A DNA stretch of 64,000 bases, taken from an uncultured Phycisphaeraceae bacterium (GTDB lineage: Bacteria > Planctomycetota > Phycisphaerae > Phycisphaerales > Phycisphaeraceae). Below the pieces are notes generated by a model. It worked only from the letters and a program-made list of their open reading frames with translations. It had not been told where the DNA came from and ran no database searches. Below are positions 9,632 through 18,539 of this stretch, one piece after another (position 1 is the first letter of the stretch; every line of letters begins with the position of its first letter). The position numbers and the translations under genes are program-made. The stretch lies in assembly GCA_964427135.1 (NCBI GenBank), contig CAYRTH010000002.1:12732-76731 (forward strand). Direction: 5' to 3'.

Positions 9632-10893
9632 TGGCGGTGTTTGTTTACACGGCGCAGTCGTCGTCGGCTTCGCACGGCCAAGCTGTTGGCGAGGGCAATG
9701 GCGTGGGCATTGGCGGAGCGTGGGGCGGGACGGTGCGCGGGTCGATACAGGCGGACTCGGCGAGGGCGGCGCGGGACCAGTTGCGGGCACGGGGGCTTTT
9801 GGTACGGGAATTGGTGCAATCAAAAGCGCGATCGGGGCAGGGTCGATGGACCGGGTACCTGGTGAATCGGCATCGCAGCGAAGTGACAAGTTTGCTTCAG
9901 GAAATGGCGACACTGCTGGGTGCGGGGATACCGTTATTGGAGGCGCTGGACACGATCGGTCGGCAACATCAGGGGCGGTTTGCGCAGGTGATTTTGCTGT
10001 TGCGGGATCATGTGGCGGGCGGGGGAAGTTTGACGTCGGCGATGGCAGAGCAGCCGGGGTTATTTGATGAATTGTGTTTGAACATCGTGGAGGTGGGGGA
10101 AAATGCAGGGACGCTGGATGTGTCACTGGCACGATTGGTGGAGTTTCGGCGCAAGTGGTCGGGGTTGCAGAACCGGGTGATGTCGGCGTTGATTTATCCG
10201 TGCATTGTGCTGTCGATGGGGGTGGTGCTTTCGGTGTTCATGATGATGTATGTGATGCCGAATTTGCTGGGGGTGCTGGTGGAGAGTGGCAAGCCGTTAC
10301 CGACGGTGACGCTGGTGGTCAAGGGCATGAGTGATGTGCTGGTGGGGTGGTGGTGGTTGATGCTGATCGGGGTGGGGTTGCTGGTGATGGGGGTGCGGGG
10401 GTTTTTGCGGAGGGAGAGGGGGCGAAGATGGTGGCATGAGGTGAAGTTGCGGTTGCCGGTGGTGGGGGATTTGATACGCAAGCAGGCGATTGCGCGAATG
10501 TCGATGGTACTGGCGACGCTGTTGAAAAGCGACCTTGCGTTTGTGAAAGCGGTGCAGATTGCGCAGCGGACGGTGAGCAATGAGGTTTTAAGGGAGGCAC
10601 TGGTGGCGTGTGAAAAGGCGGTGCTGGCGGGAAGGGACATTGCACCGGCGTTGGAGGAGACCAAGGCGTTTCCGCCGTTGGTGATTCAGGTGTTTGCGGT
10701 GGGTCAAGCTTCGGGGAAGTTGGAGACGATGCTGGAGAATTTGGCGGCGGATTACGATGTGCAGGTGGACATTGCGACGAGTCGGCTGACGGCGCTGTTG
10801 GAGCCGGTGATGATGGTTTTGCTGGCGATCGGGGTGGGTTTTTTTGCGTTTGCGACGATTTTGCCGATTTTGGAAGCGGGGGATGTGTTGTGA
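9631..10893 (+). CDS. gspF: Type II secretion inner-membrane platform protein GspF
   Basis: About 420 aa with a duplicated GspF/PilC domain and 3 TM segments. Its start overlaps the gspE stop (GTGATG). Confidence 0.85.
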   Translation: MAVFVYTAQSSSASHGQAVGEGNGVGIGGAWGGTVRGSIQADSARAARDQLRARGLLVRELVQSKARSGQGRWTGYLVNRHRSEVTSLLQEMATLLGAGIPLLEALDTIGRQHQGRFAQVILLLRDHVAGGGSLTSAMAEQPGLFDELCLNIVEVGENAGTLDVSLARLVEFRRKWSGLQNRVMSALIYPCIVLSMGVVLSVFMMMYVMPNLLGVLVESGKPLPTVTLVVKGMSDVLVGWWWLMLIGVGLLVMGVRGFLRRERGRRWWHEVKLRLPVVGDLIRKQAIARMSMVLATLLKSDLAFVKAVQIAQRTVSNEVLREALVACEKAVLAGRDIAPALEETKAFPPLVIQVFAVGQASGKLETMLENLAADYDVQVDIATSRLTALLEPVMMVLLAIGVGFFAFATILPILEAGDVL

Positions 10894-10913
10894 GGATTTT
10901 CAATGCAAAGAAA

Positions 10914-10947
10914 TTACACCGCAGAGAGCGCAGAGAACGCGGAGAAG
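10914..10947. repeat. Solo arm of the CACCGCAGAGA tandem-word family in the gspF-gspG spacer
   Basis: The sequence ttacaccgcagagagcgcagagaacgcggagaag matches the arms at 35965, 36077, 47725 and 47954. Confidence 0.7.
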
Positions 10948-10980
10948 AAATGGAAGCGGAACGGGCGAAAGGAGAAACAA

Positions 10981-11397
10981 ATGAAAACGGCAAAGAGATG
11001 TGGACGAAACAGAAACAGGGCGGGGTTTTCGTTCATTGAAGTAATGGTGGTGGTGGTGATTATTGGATTACTGGCGGGAGCGGTGGTGCTGCGGGTGGCG
11101 GGGAATGTGGATGCAGCGAAGGTGAATCGCGCCAAGTCGGACATCGCGACGATCGTCAATGGCATTGAGATGTTTTACCTCAACCACAGCCGATACCCGA
11201 GCAATGAAGAAGGGCTGAGCAAGATTGATCTGAAAAGCAGGACGGACCCATGGGGCAACCCATACGCATACAACAGCCCGGCGGAGAAGGAGCCGTTTGA
11301 GGTGATCAGTTTCGGAGCTGATGGTCAACCCGGCGGCGAGGGAATCAATACGGACGTTTTCAGTTGGAATTTGGAAACCAAGGCCAAGGGTGACTGA
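10981..11397 (+). CDS. gspG: Major pseudopilin GspG
   Basis: SD AAAGGAG upstream. The prepilin leader is ...NRAG|FSFIEVMVVVVIIGLLAG with Glu+5. GspG body motifs include SRYPSNEEGL and DPWGNPY. The ORF-track start at 10903 runs through a repeat. Confidence 0.9.
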   Translation: MKTAKRCGRNRNRAGFSFIEVMVVVVIIGLLAGAVVLRVAGNVDAAKVNRAKSDIATIVNGIEMFYLNHSRYPSNEEGLSKIDLKSRTDPWGNPYAYNSPAEKEPFEVISFGADGQPGGEGINTDVFSWNLETKAKGD

Positions 11398-12011
11398 TGC
11401 GTAGCGCGTTCACATTCATTGAGGTGATGGCGGTGGTGCTGCTGATGGGTTTACTGGCGGCAGCGACGGCGTGGTCGATGGCGGGCCAGGTGCGTCAGGG
11501 GAGCAGGCAAGGGGCGGTGCAACAGGTGGTGCAGGCTGAGCGGTTGACGCGATTGGCGGCACAAAGAGCGGGGCAGGCGACGGTTTTGCGGATTGATTTG
11601 AATCGGGGTGAACTGCGACGAATGACGCACGGACGTGACGGGGCTGAGGCGGGGGGTCATACGGTGCGATTGGCGATGAATCGGGGGTTGAGGATCGAAA
11701 AGGTGATTTTGCCGGGGGAGTCGTTGTGGTTGGAGGATGAAGCGGGAAGCAGGCGGATCAATACGGTGAGATCGGGGGTGGTGGACGTGAGGTATTCAAC
11801 GCAGGGTCGGAGCGAAACGTTTGCGGTGCGGTTGGGGTGGGTCGTGGACCAAACGAATAAGGATGAGGCGAAGGGGGTCAATGAGTTTCGTGGTGATGGT
11901 GTGTGGTTGATATTTGCGGGACTGACAGGACAGGTGACGCTGATACATGATGAACAGGAAGTGCAAAACCTGTTTGAGTGGCTGGAAGCGGGCGGGGCTG
12001 TCGCTGGTTGA
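11397..12011 (+). CDS. gspH: Minor pseudopilin, GspH-like
   Basis: The N-terminus MRSA|FTFIEVMAVVLLMGLLAA has Glu+5. Its start overlaps the gspG stop (TGATG). Confidence 0.6.
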   Translation: MRSAFTFIEVMAVVLLMGLLAAATAWSMAGQVRQGSRQGAVQQVVQAERLTRLAAQRAGQATVLRIDLNRGELRRMTHGRDGAEAGGHTVRLAMNRGLRIEKVILPGESLWLEDEAGSRRINTVRSGVVDVRYSTQGRSETFAVRLGWVVDQTNKDEAKGVNEFRGDGVWLIFAGLTGQVTLIHDEQEVQNLFEWLEAGGAVAG

Positions 12012-12480
12012 AGTGGTGGCGGCGATCGTGATATTGGGCACGATACTGGTGGGGGTGGTATTGGCCAAGGCGCGACACACCCGGCAACTGGCGATAGCGC
12101 AGCAGCAGCAGGTGGCGGTGCGCGCTGCGGATGAATTGCTGTCGGGTTGGTGGGTGAGCAGGGAAGGGGTGCCCAGGGAGGGACGGGGTCAGTTGGCGAC
12201 GCAGCCGGGGATGGTGTGGGAGACGAAGGTGGTGGAAAACGCAGAAGTGCAGCGACTGGGGGCGCGGGTGGTGCGGCTGGAGGTGAGGTTGGCCGAGGGG
12301 TTGGGGCAGGCGGGATCGATCAGTTCAGAGGACCAGATACTGGTGAAGGTGGATTTGATGCAACCGGACCCGGCAGTGGAGGCGGCGAGATTGGCACGGC
12401 GGCAAGCGGAGCAGGCAGCACGTGAACGGAGAAATCAGGCAGGTCGTGTCCGTCAACCGGCACGGGAGGCGCGACCATGA
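11974..12480 (+). CDS. gspI: Minor pseudopilin, GspI-like
   Basis: The prepilin motif KRAG|LSLVEVVAAIVILG has Glu+5. A TTG at 11974 gives a short leader; the alternative ATG at 11947 overlaps gspH by 65 nt. Confidence 0.55.
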   Translation: MSGWKRAGLSLVEVVAAIVILGTILVGVVLAKARHTRQLAIAQQQQVAVRAADELLSGWWVSREGVPREGRGQLATQPGMVWETKVVENAEVQRLGARVVRLEVRLAEGLGQAGSISSEDQILVKVDLMQPDPAVEAARLARRQAEQAARERRNQAGRVRQPAREARP

Positions 12481-13349
12481 AGAATCGCGTGCCGTTACAA
12501 CAGGGATTGACGCTGGTGGAGTTGTTGCTGGCATCGGCATTGGCGACGGTGCTGATGGTGGGCGTATTGGCGGTCGTGACGAATCTGACAATGACGGAGA
12601 AGGCGTTGAACCCGTTGCGGGGTGAGAGTGGAAAGAACAAAGCGATGACGTTGGAGGAGCTGGATGCGTGGGCGAGTTTGTTGCGGGAGGATTTGAACCA
12701 TGCGGGGAGGATCGAGGCATTGGCGTCGGGGGAAGTGCAACTGACGGGATATCAGGCAATGGTGGGATCGGCGCGGGAAGTGACGCATCGGGTGGCAACG
12801 GTTCGGTATCAGATGCAGGAAGTCGATGGTCGGCGATGGGTGGTGCGACGACAGACGATGCGCGATGGGTTGGCAGGTGCACAGACAACGCGGGATTTGG
12901 TTGGAGCGGGCGTGAGGCGATTTGAGCTTGTACCGACGGGCTATCGTCAGATTGGGACGGGGTTGGTATCGGGCGCTGCCAATGCAACGTTATCGAGCGA
13001 GACGACCTCGGCAACGACAACGAGTCAAATGGGAGCGGCAGGAGTGACACGAATTGGGGGGGTAGTGGTGGATTTGTCGGAGTATCAACGCGCTTGGCAT
13101 CGGTGGGAGGGGCAGTGGTTGTGTATTGAAAACGCGCCTCCCTGGATCAAGGCAATGCGGCCGGATGCACTGGGACGGCCAAGTATGGAAACAACAGAGC
13201 AAGAGTTGAAGGGCGTACAGGCAGACGAACAGGGTGAAGGTACGGATTTGATTCGTGAAATTGTACCGGGCGGGTTTGTCTGGCGGTTGCGGGTGTGGAT
13301 GGATGATGCGGTGATGCCGACGCATGAAAGGATACTGACGATTCAATGA
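12477..13349 (+). CDS. gspJ: Minor pseudopilin, GspJ-like
   Basis: The N-terminus LQQG|LTLVELLLASALATVLM has Glu+5. It overlaps gspI by 4 nt. Confidence 0.55.
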   Translation: MKNRVPLQQGLTLVELLLASALATVLMVGVLAVVTNLTMTEKALNPLRGESGKNKAMTLEELDAWASLLREDLNHAGRIEALASGEVQLTGYQAMVGSAREVTHRVATVRYQMQEVDGRRWVVRRQTMRDGLAGAQTTRDLVGAGVRRFELVPTGYRQIGTGLVSGAANATLSSETTSATTTSQMGAAGVTRIGGVVVDLSEYQRAWHRWEGQWLCIENAPPWIKAMRPDALGRPSMETTEQELKGVQADEQGEGTDLIREIVPGGFVWRLRVWMDDAVMPTHERILTIQ

Positions 13350-14353
13350 AGCCCCCCCGGAAGATACAAGGCGAGGTCGGGATGACACACACGCGAAACG
13401 GTGGGTTTGTGCTGCTCATGGCGTTGGTGTTGGTGCTGGTGGCTGGGGTGGCATTGGCGGGGATTGCGGGGCTGAGTATGAATAGCGCGCTGCATGCACG
13501 CAGCGGGGTGGAGGAATTGCAACGGCGCTGGGCGGTGACCAGCTTGCGGGCGACGCTGGCGGGGCAAATGGAGGAGTTGTTGAAACAAGCGGAACGGGGA
13601 GGAGCGGCGATTGCAGAACCCGGTGAAGTGCAGATATATGAAGGTGAACCGACGAGCGAGCGACGTTTTTGGTTGACCCTGGCGGAACAAGATTATGAAC
13701 TGATCATCACCGATGAACAGGCGAAGTTGAATGTGAACCAATTACTGGAAGGAAACTCGAGCGCGAAGTTGACAAGCTGGTTGCGACGAACGGTACAGGT
13801 AAGTGGTTCGGGGGCGAATGTTGGTGAGGTGGTACAGGTTCGGGTAAGGCCGATGGCGGAAGGGTTGGTGATGGGGGAATCGTTCAAGGGGTTGGCGCGG
13901 TTGGGGGGTTATGGTCAGTTGTTTGCAAACGCACAGCCGGGGGATTTGGTCGGCAGTGAAAAAGCAAGCGGATTGGTGCGTGATATCACTTGCTGGGGGA
14001 ATGGTGCGGCAAATGCGCGGCGGGCATCGGAGCGGGTGTTGGAGCAAGTGTTGGGTGAATTGCTGACCAAAAAACAGATGGGGGATTTGATGGAAGCAAG
14101 GCGGGAGCAACCGTTTGGAACGATGTCGCAGTGGTTGAAAGCGGTGACGGATTTGGATGACCCAACCCGGCAGCGATTGCAGGGGGTGATGACGGATCAA
14201 TCGGAGGTGCATGGACTTTGGATTATTCGCCGAGGGGCACAACGCGACTGGTACACACTGATGGTGACGGTGGGCGGGTTGCTGGCTGAGAATGAAACAG
14301 GCAGTGTCGCAGCACGTATCAATGATGGGCAACAATTTGAGTTTGCATGGTGA
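13346..14353 (+). CDS. gspK: Minor pseudopilin, GspK-like
   Basis: About 335 aa with a hydrophobic N-terminus RNGGFVLLMALVLVLVAG that lacks Glu+5, as expected for GspK. It contains ITDEQAKLNVNQLL. Confidence 0.6.
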   Translation: MKPPRKIQGEVGMTHTRNGGFVLLMALVLVLVAGVALAGIAGLSMNSALHARSGVEELQRRWAVTSLRATLAGQMEELLKQAERGGAAIAEPGEVQIYEGEPTSERRFWLTLAEQDYELIITDEQAKLNVNQLLEGNSSAKLTSWLRRTVQVSGSGANVGEVVQVRVRPMAEGLVMGESFKGLARLGGYGQLFANAQPGDLVGSEKASGLVRDITCWGNGAANARRASERVLEQVLGELLTKKQMGDLMEARREQPFGTMSQWLKAVTDLDDPTRQRLQGVMTDQSEVHGLWIIRRGAQRDWYTLMVTVGGLLAENETGSVAARINDGQQFEFAW

Positions 14354-15135
14354 ACATGACCCGACAAAAGCAGCAATATTGGATGAAGCTGACTGCGGCG
14401 ACGCTGATGGTGGTGTCGTTGCTGGTGTTGCTGATGGGGGTTTTGTTACCAGTGAAAACCGAGGCGGTGGAGGCGGAAACCCAATCGTTGATGGGCACAA
14501 ACGCAGCAGGTGCAGGCACCGCAACGCCCCCAGCGAAAACAACAACCATTGATCGGGTGGACCTGGCGGCACTGCTCAAAGTGGCGAGGGTCAACTGGCA
14601 GCGGCCTGTGTTCGCGGAGGGGGGCGATGATGAATTGGCAGCGGGGGATGGTTCGGGCTTGCCGATGAGTTTGCGACTGGTGGGGGTGGTTTATGAACCG
14701 GGGCATTCGATGGCGATTTTTCAAAGACAGGATGGGTCGATGGAAGTGTGCCCGGTGGGGCAGATGGTGGACGATGCGGGCGGCAATGTGAAAGTGACTC
14801 GGGTGGAGGTGGACCGTGCGGTGGTGGTGTTCGGCGGGGTGACGCAGACGTTGATGGTGCCGATGCAGACCGAGGCGTCGATGACAACCGGCGTGGGTGC
14901 GGCAGGTGGAGCATCGACTACAGCGGCAGGTGGCGCAACAGCGGGTTCGACCGTGGGCACAACCCGGCGACCGTTGCCGCCGGAGTTGCAGAAAAGGTTG
15001 GATGAAATCAGAGCCAACCGCGCGAAGCAAAAAGCAGCAGGGGCTTCAACCCCACAGCCCACGACGACCACCAATGATCGAACGAATACAGGGACACCCC
15101 ACGACACAAATAAAACGCAAGACAACCCCGGTTGA
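14347..15135 (+). CDS. GspC/PilP-like secretin-interacting protein
   Basis: N-terminal TM segment, then a beta-rich HR/PilP-like segment (LRLVGVVYEPGHSMAIFQRQDGSMEVCPVGQMVDD...VTRVEVDRAVVVFGG) and a low-complexity tail. Overlaps gspK (ATGGTGA). Confidence 0.45.
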   Translation: MVNMTRQKQQYWMKLTAATLMVVSLLVLLMGVLLPVKTEAVEAETQSLMGTNAAGAGTATPPAKTTTIDRVDLAALLKVARVNWQRPVFAEGGDDELAAGDGSGLPMSLRLVGVVYEPGHSMAIFQRQDGSMEVCPVGQMVDDAGGNVKVTRVEVDRAVVVFGGVTQTLMVPMQTEASMTTGVGAAGGASTTAAGGATAGSTVGTTRRPLPPELQKRLDEIRANRAKQKAAGASTPQPTTTTNDRTNTGTPHDTNKTQDNPG

Positions 15136-15141
15136 TGCAAC

Positions 15142-16584
15142 ATGAGTGAAGCAAGGGTCATTATGTTGGAGTCGGATCACGCGCTGGTGATGGTCAAGCG
15201 TGAGGGGTCGTGTCGTGCCGTGGTGGTGTCATGGTCGGACAATGAAGCGATGGACCAGCGCGCGGGGAAAGTGAAGCAGGCGATGGGGTTGGAAGGGGCT
15301 GTCGATCAGCCGACGGTATTGGCGGTGCCGTCGTCGTGGTGTTTGTGTGCGACGGTGGATACGAGTGCCTTGCCACGATCGGGTCGACGGCAGGCGATGA
15401 TGTATGCGCTCGAGGAACATTTGCCGGTGTCAGCCGAGGACATGGTGGTTGATTTTGTGGAAATGAGCGATGCGCAGGCAATGGGGGTGGCTTGTGAGAC
15501 CAAGCTGCTGCAACCGATGATCGAGGCGTTGGAAAAGGTCGGGGTGTCGGTGCGACATGTGGTGCCGATGAGTTTACTTGCGGCGGGGTATGTACTCGAA
15601 CAACAGCCGATGCTCATGGGTTTGTTGGTGGCGATACCAAACAGCAACTCGGACAATCGCAGCGAGGGCGAGCGTGATGAAAAATCAGCGACAAACGCGC
15701 AGGGGGCCATCGGTTTTGACTGGCTGAGTTTGCGTGAAGGTCGGGTGGTCGGATGGTCATGGTTGGCGACGGATGCAGCCGAAGCAAAAGCATGTGTTGA
15801 GAAAGCGATACAGTCGGATGAGGCCAACCCGTCAACTGACAAACAACCGCTGGTCGCGGTGTGTGGTGATGTTGAGGCATCAACACGATCATGGACAGAA
15901 TCAATACGTCAGCGTGTGGTTGATTTATCGACGACAACCTTGGCCGACGCGGCTTGTTTGCAGGCGGAAAAAATCATCGGCGGCACCGCACAACCCATCG
16001 TTGATTTGCGCCGCGATGCGTTGGCGGCCCCGGATCATCAGGGCGCGTATCAACGTTCATGGTTGATGTTGGCGACAGCGATCATGGTGCTTTTCGTGAG
16101 TGTGAGCGTGGCCATGCAGTGGCGTGGTCGGCAATATCAGGGACAAGTGCGCGAATCATTGCAGGCCCAGGCGCAGGTGTTCAAACAGGCGATACCGGAT
16201 CAGCGTGTGCCGACGGGGAACATTCGTGGTCGACTGGTGAGTGAGCAGCGTAAACTGGCGGGGCTTAGTGGTCAGGCGGAAACGGGATTGCAGCAAGGGA
16301 CCAGCGCCAATGCCTTGCAGCATTTATTGCAGGTGTTGGCGAGCGTGCCGCGTGATTTGCGGGTGCGCATTTTGGAATTGAGTGTTGAGCCGGGGGTGGT
16401 GCGGGTGGATGGCGAGGCACGCAGTCACAGCGATGCGGAACGGTTGGCGACGGTGGTTCGGCAAACAGGGTGGTATGAAGTGGAACCGCCACGGACGCAG
16501 GTGCTGCGTGAACAGGGGGTTGGTTTCAGTTTCACCGCCAAGCCGAGGGTGAGTTTGGCAGTGAGTCAGCGGGGTGAGCCATGA
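15142..16584 (+). CDS. gspL: Type II secretion protein GspL
   Basis: The cytoplasmic actin-like domain carries the GspL-type segment RRQAMMYALEEHLPVSAEDMVVDF. One TM segment and a periplasmic C-domain follow. Confidence 0.65.
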   Translation: MSEARVIMLESDHALVMVKREGSCRAVVVSWSDNEAMDQRAGKVKQAMGLEGAVDQPTVLAVPSSWCLCATVDTSALPRSGRRQAMMYALEEHLPVSAEDMVVDFVEMSDAQAMGVACETKLLQPMIEALEKVGVSVRHVVPMSLLAAGYVLEQQPMLMGLLVAIPNSNSDNRSEGERDEKSATNAQGAIGFDWLSLREGRVVGWSWLATDAAEAKACVEKAIQSDEANPSTDKQPLVAVCGDVEASTRSWTESIRQRVVDLSTTTLADAACLQAEKIIGGTAQPIVDLRRDALAAPDHQGAYQRSWLMLATAIMVLFVSVSVAMQWRGRQYQGQVRESLQAQAQVFKQAIPDQRVPTGNIRGRLVSEQRKLAGLSGQAETGLQQGTSANALQHLLQVLASVPRDLRVRILELSVEPGVVRVDGEARSHSDAERLATVVRQTGWYEVEPPRTQVLREQGVGFSFTAKPRVSLAVSQRGEP

Positions 16585-17189
16585 GTTTGGCACGATTGAC
16601 AAGCAAGGCTCGTTCCGACGGTGCGGGTGCGTTGGGTGATGCAAGCCTGCGACAGCGTTTGCTGGCGGGGCTGCTCGTGGTGTTATTGGCGGGGGCAGCC
16701 TGGTGGAATTATTCATGGATGACCAGTCAACGTCGGCAGGCGCAGACGATGGCGCAGGATTTGGCGGTGTGTTTGCAGGCAGCGGAAGACATTGAAAGGT
16801 TACGTGCCCAGCCGAGGGTGGCCTCGGTGCGGGACATGGGGGTGCAGGAACTGGGTCAGCGGATTGAGCAGGCGATGCAGCAGGCACAGTTACCCTCCGC
16901 GACGTTGGAGAGCGTGGCACCGCAATCGAGTCGTCGGGTGGGCGATACGCCGTATGTGCATAAACCCACAGCTCTGTCATTGCGGGGGGCGACGCTGACG
17001 CAGTTGGTGACGATGCTTTATCATCTGACCAACGACACGGGGCTTTCGGTGCGTGATTTGCGATTGCGAACATCGCGTAGCGGGACGGATGAGCAGCCGA
17101 AGTGGGATGCACAGGTGACGGTGGTGTATTTGTTATACGCACCGACCAGCCGGGGACAGCGTGAGGTTCGAGGGCAACCAGGTTCATGA
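16581..17189 (+). CDS. gspM: Type II secretion protein GspM-like
   Basis: About 200 aa bitopic protein with TM segment LLAGLLVVLLAGAAWW. It overlaps gspL by 4 nt and occupies the position after gspL. Confidence 0.5.
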   Translation: MSLARLTSKARSDGAGALGDASLRQRLLAGLLVVLLAGAAWWNYSWMTSQRRQAQTMAQDLAVCLQAAEDIERLRAQPRVASVRDMGVQELGQRIEQAMQQAQLPSATLESVAPQSSRRVGDTPYVHKPTALSLRGATLTQLVTMLYHLTNDTGLSVRDLRLRTSRSGTDEQPKWDAQVTVVYLLYAPTSRGQREVRGQPGS

Positions 17190-17815
17190 GTATGAATATG
17201 CATCATTGGTGCGTGACAATTGTTGGATGGATCATCGTAATGGGCGCGATGCTGGGTTGTGGTCAACCCAAAGCGCGGATCGGCGATGATGTCGGCAACG
17301 CCTCGGGCAACTATCGCACGATCAGCGCTTCGCCCTTGCGTGACACGGATGCAGCCAGACGGTTGCATGAACAGGGGTTGAAGGCGTTGGACGCTGGGCA
17401 GATCGACGAAGCGGAAAAGGCGTTCAAGGCGGCGCTGGAGGCGGATGTCGATTTTGGACCGGCGCACAACAACCTGGGCAAGGTGTATTTCAAGAAAAAG
17501 GATTGGTACGCAGCGGCGTGGGAATTTGAGTTTGCCAAAAAGCTGATGCCCCGACAGGCCGAGCCTTGGAATAATTTGGGGATGGTGTACGAACAGGCGG
17601 GGGAATTGGATCGCGCGGTGGAGGAGTATCGTAAAGCGATCGGATTGGACGGGGAGAATGTGAGTTATCAGGCGAACCTGGCGCGGGCTTTGGTGCGTCG
17701 GGGGGACAAGGGCGATGAAGTCAGACGGTTGCTGACGGTGGTGGTGGCAAAGGACAGCCGAGTGGAATGGGCGAGCTGGGCGCGGGAGCAGTTGGCACGG
17801 TTGGGGGCTGAGTGA
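17186..17815 (+). CDS. TPR lipoprotein (PilF/PilW-like, candidate secretin pilotin)
   Basis: Lipobox-like signal ...IVMGAMLGCGQ followed by about 4 TPR units. It overlaps gspM (ATGA) and is the last gene of the block. Confidence 0.5.
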   Translation: MSMNMHHWCVTIVGWIIVMGAMLGCGQPKARIGDDVGNASGNYRTISASPLRDTDAARRLHEQGLKALDAGQIDEAEKAFKAALEADVDFGPAHNNLGKVYFKKKDWYAAAWEFEFAKKLMPRQAEPWNNLGMVYEQAGELDRAVEEYRKAIGLDGENVSYQANLARALVRRGDKGDEVRRLLTVVVAKDSRVEWASWAREQLARLGAE

Positions 17816-17824
17816 TTATGCGAT

Positions 17825-18041
17825 GTGGTGATTTGGTGATTTTGAATTTTACACACCCGAATTGCTTTGCCTACCACGCCTGAACTTCACGTCCGCGTGA
17901 AGTTCAGGATTTTACTTTTTCATGACTCATCCATTTTCATCATTTTCATAAACAAAAACCATCCTGAACTTCGCCGCCGCCGACGAAGTTCAGGCGTGGA
18001 TGATTCAAAATCACCCCATCACCCCATCACCCCATCACCAC
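17825..18041. repeat. Composite element: 8-mer-word inverted arms flanking two opposed hairpin-plus-T-tract modules (bidirectional terminator)
   Basis: Arms are gtggtgatttggtgattttgaat and attcaaaatcaccccatcaccccatcaccccatcaccac. Hairpin 17875-17910 is followed by TTTTACTTTTT. Hairpin 17961-17998 has a T-tract on the minus strand. The element lies between convergent genes. Confidence 0.75.
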
Positions 18042-18057
18042 CCAATCATTTCAATTT

Positions 18058-18450
18058 TCACTCGCGCAGCAATGTCGCCACCTGCCTGCTGTCGAGGGTG
18101 GAAGCCTGTTGTTCGACGGTTTGGCCATGAGCATCGTCAAGTCGCAAGGCTCGGCCAAGCTCATTCAAAAAATCACGCTCCGGCGGAGTGATCGACCCCT
18201 GAGCCTCACAAACACACACCGCCCACTCGTACGCCAATTGACGCAATTCAGGCGTAGTGAGCGGCTGCACCACTTCCGCGATCAGCGGTTTGCGCAATAA
18301 CACTTGTTGAAATAGGCCGGGGGGAATGTCCGAGCCTAAACTGTCCATCACCTGACGAATCTGATCACGCTCACGATCGTGTTTATGACCGTCGGCAAAG
18401 GCTGCCAGCAGACATAAAGTGAGTACGGCTTGTTTTTCAGCGGGGGTCAT
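18058..18450 (-). CDS. TerB-like (tellurite-resistance TerB / DjlA N-domain fold) protein
   Basis: The motifs MTPAEKQAVLTLCLLAAFADGHKHDRERDQIRQVMDSL and ...ITPPERDFLNELGRAL are typical TerB helices. The start is moved to the ATG at 18450. Confidence 0.5.
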   Translation of the reverse strand: MTPAEKQAVLTLCLLAAFADGHKHDRERDQIRQVMDSLGSDIPPGLFQQVLLRKPLIAEVVQPLTTPELRQLAYEWAVCVCEAQGSITPPERDFLNELGRALRLDDAHGQTVEQQASTLDSRQVATLLRE

Positions 18451-18539
18451 GGTGAATACTTCCGGGGGGTTGATTGATGGTACGCTGCTGCGGGACCGGG
18501 GTTCATGCCGAATGAGCAAAACCCTGACAGGGACATGTC

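Noticed and set aside
12147-12425. Gly/Ala-rich or Pro-rich same-strand overlapping ORFs: 9720-10067, 10074-10334, 12147-12425, 12668-12925 and 14748-15005.
   Set aside because: These are off-frame products within the gsp genes. They are low-complexity translations with no independent start signals.
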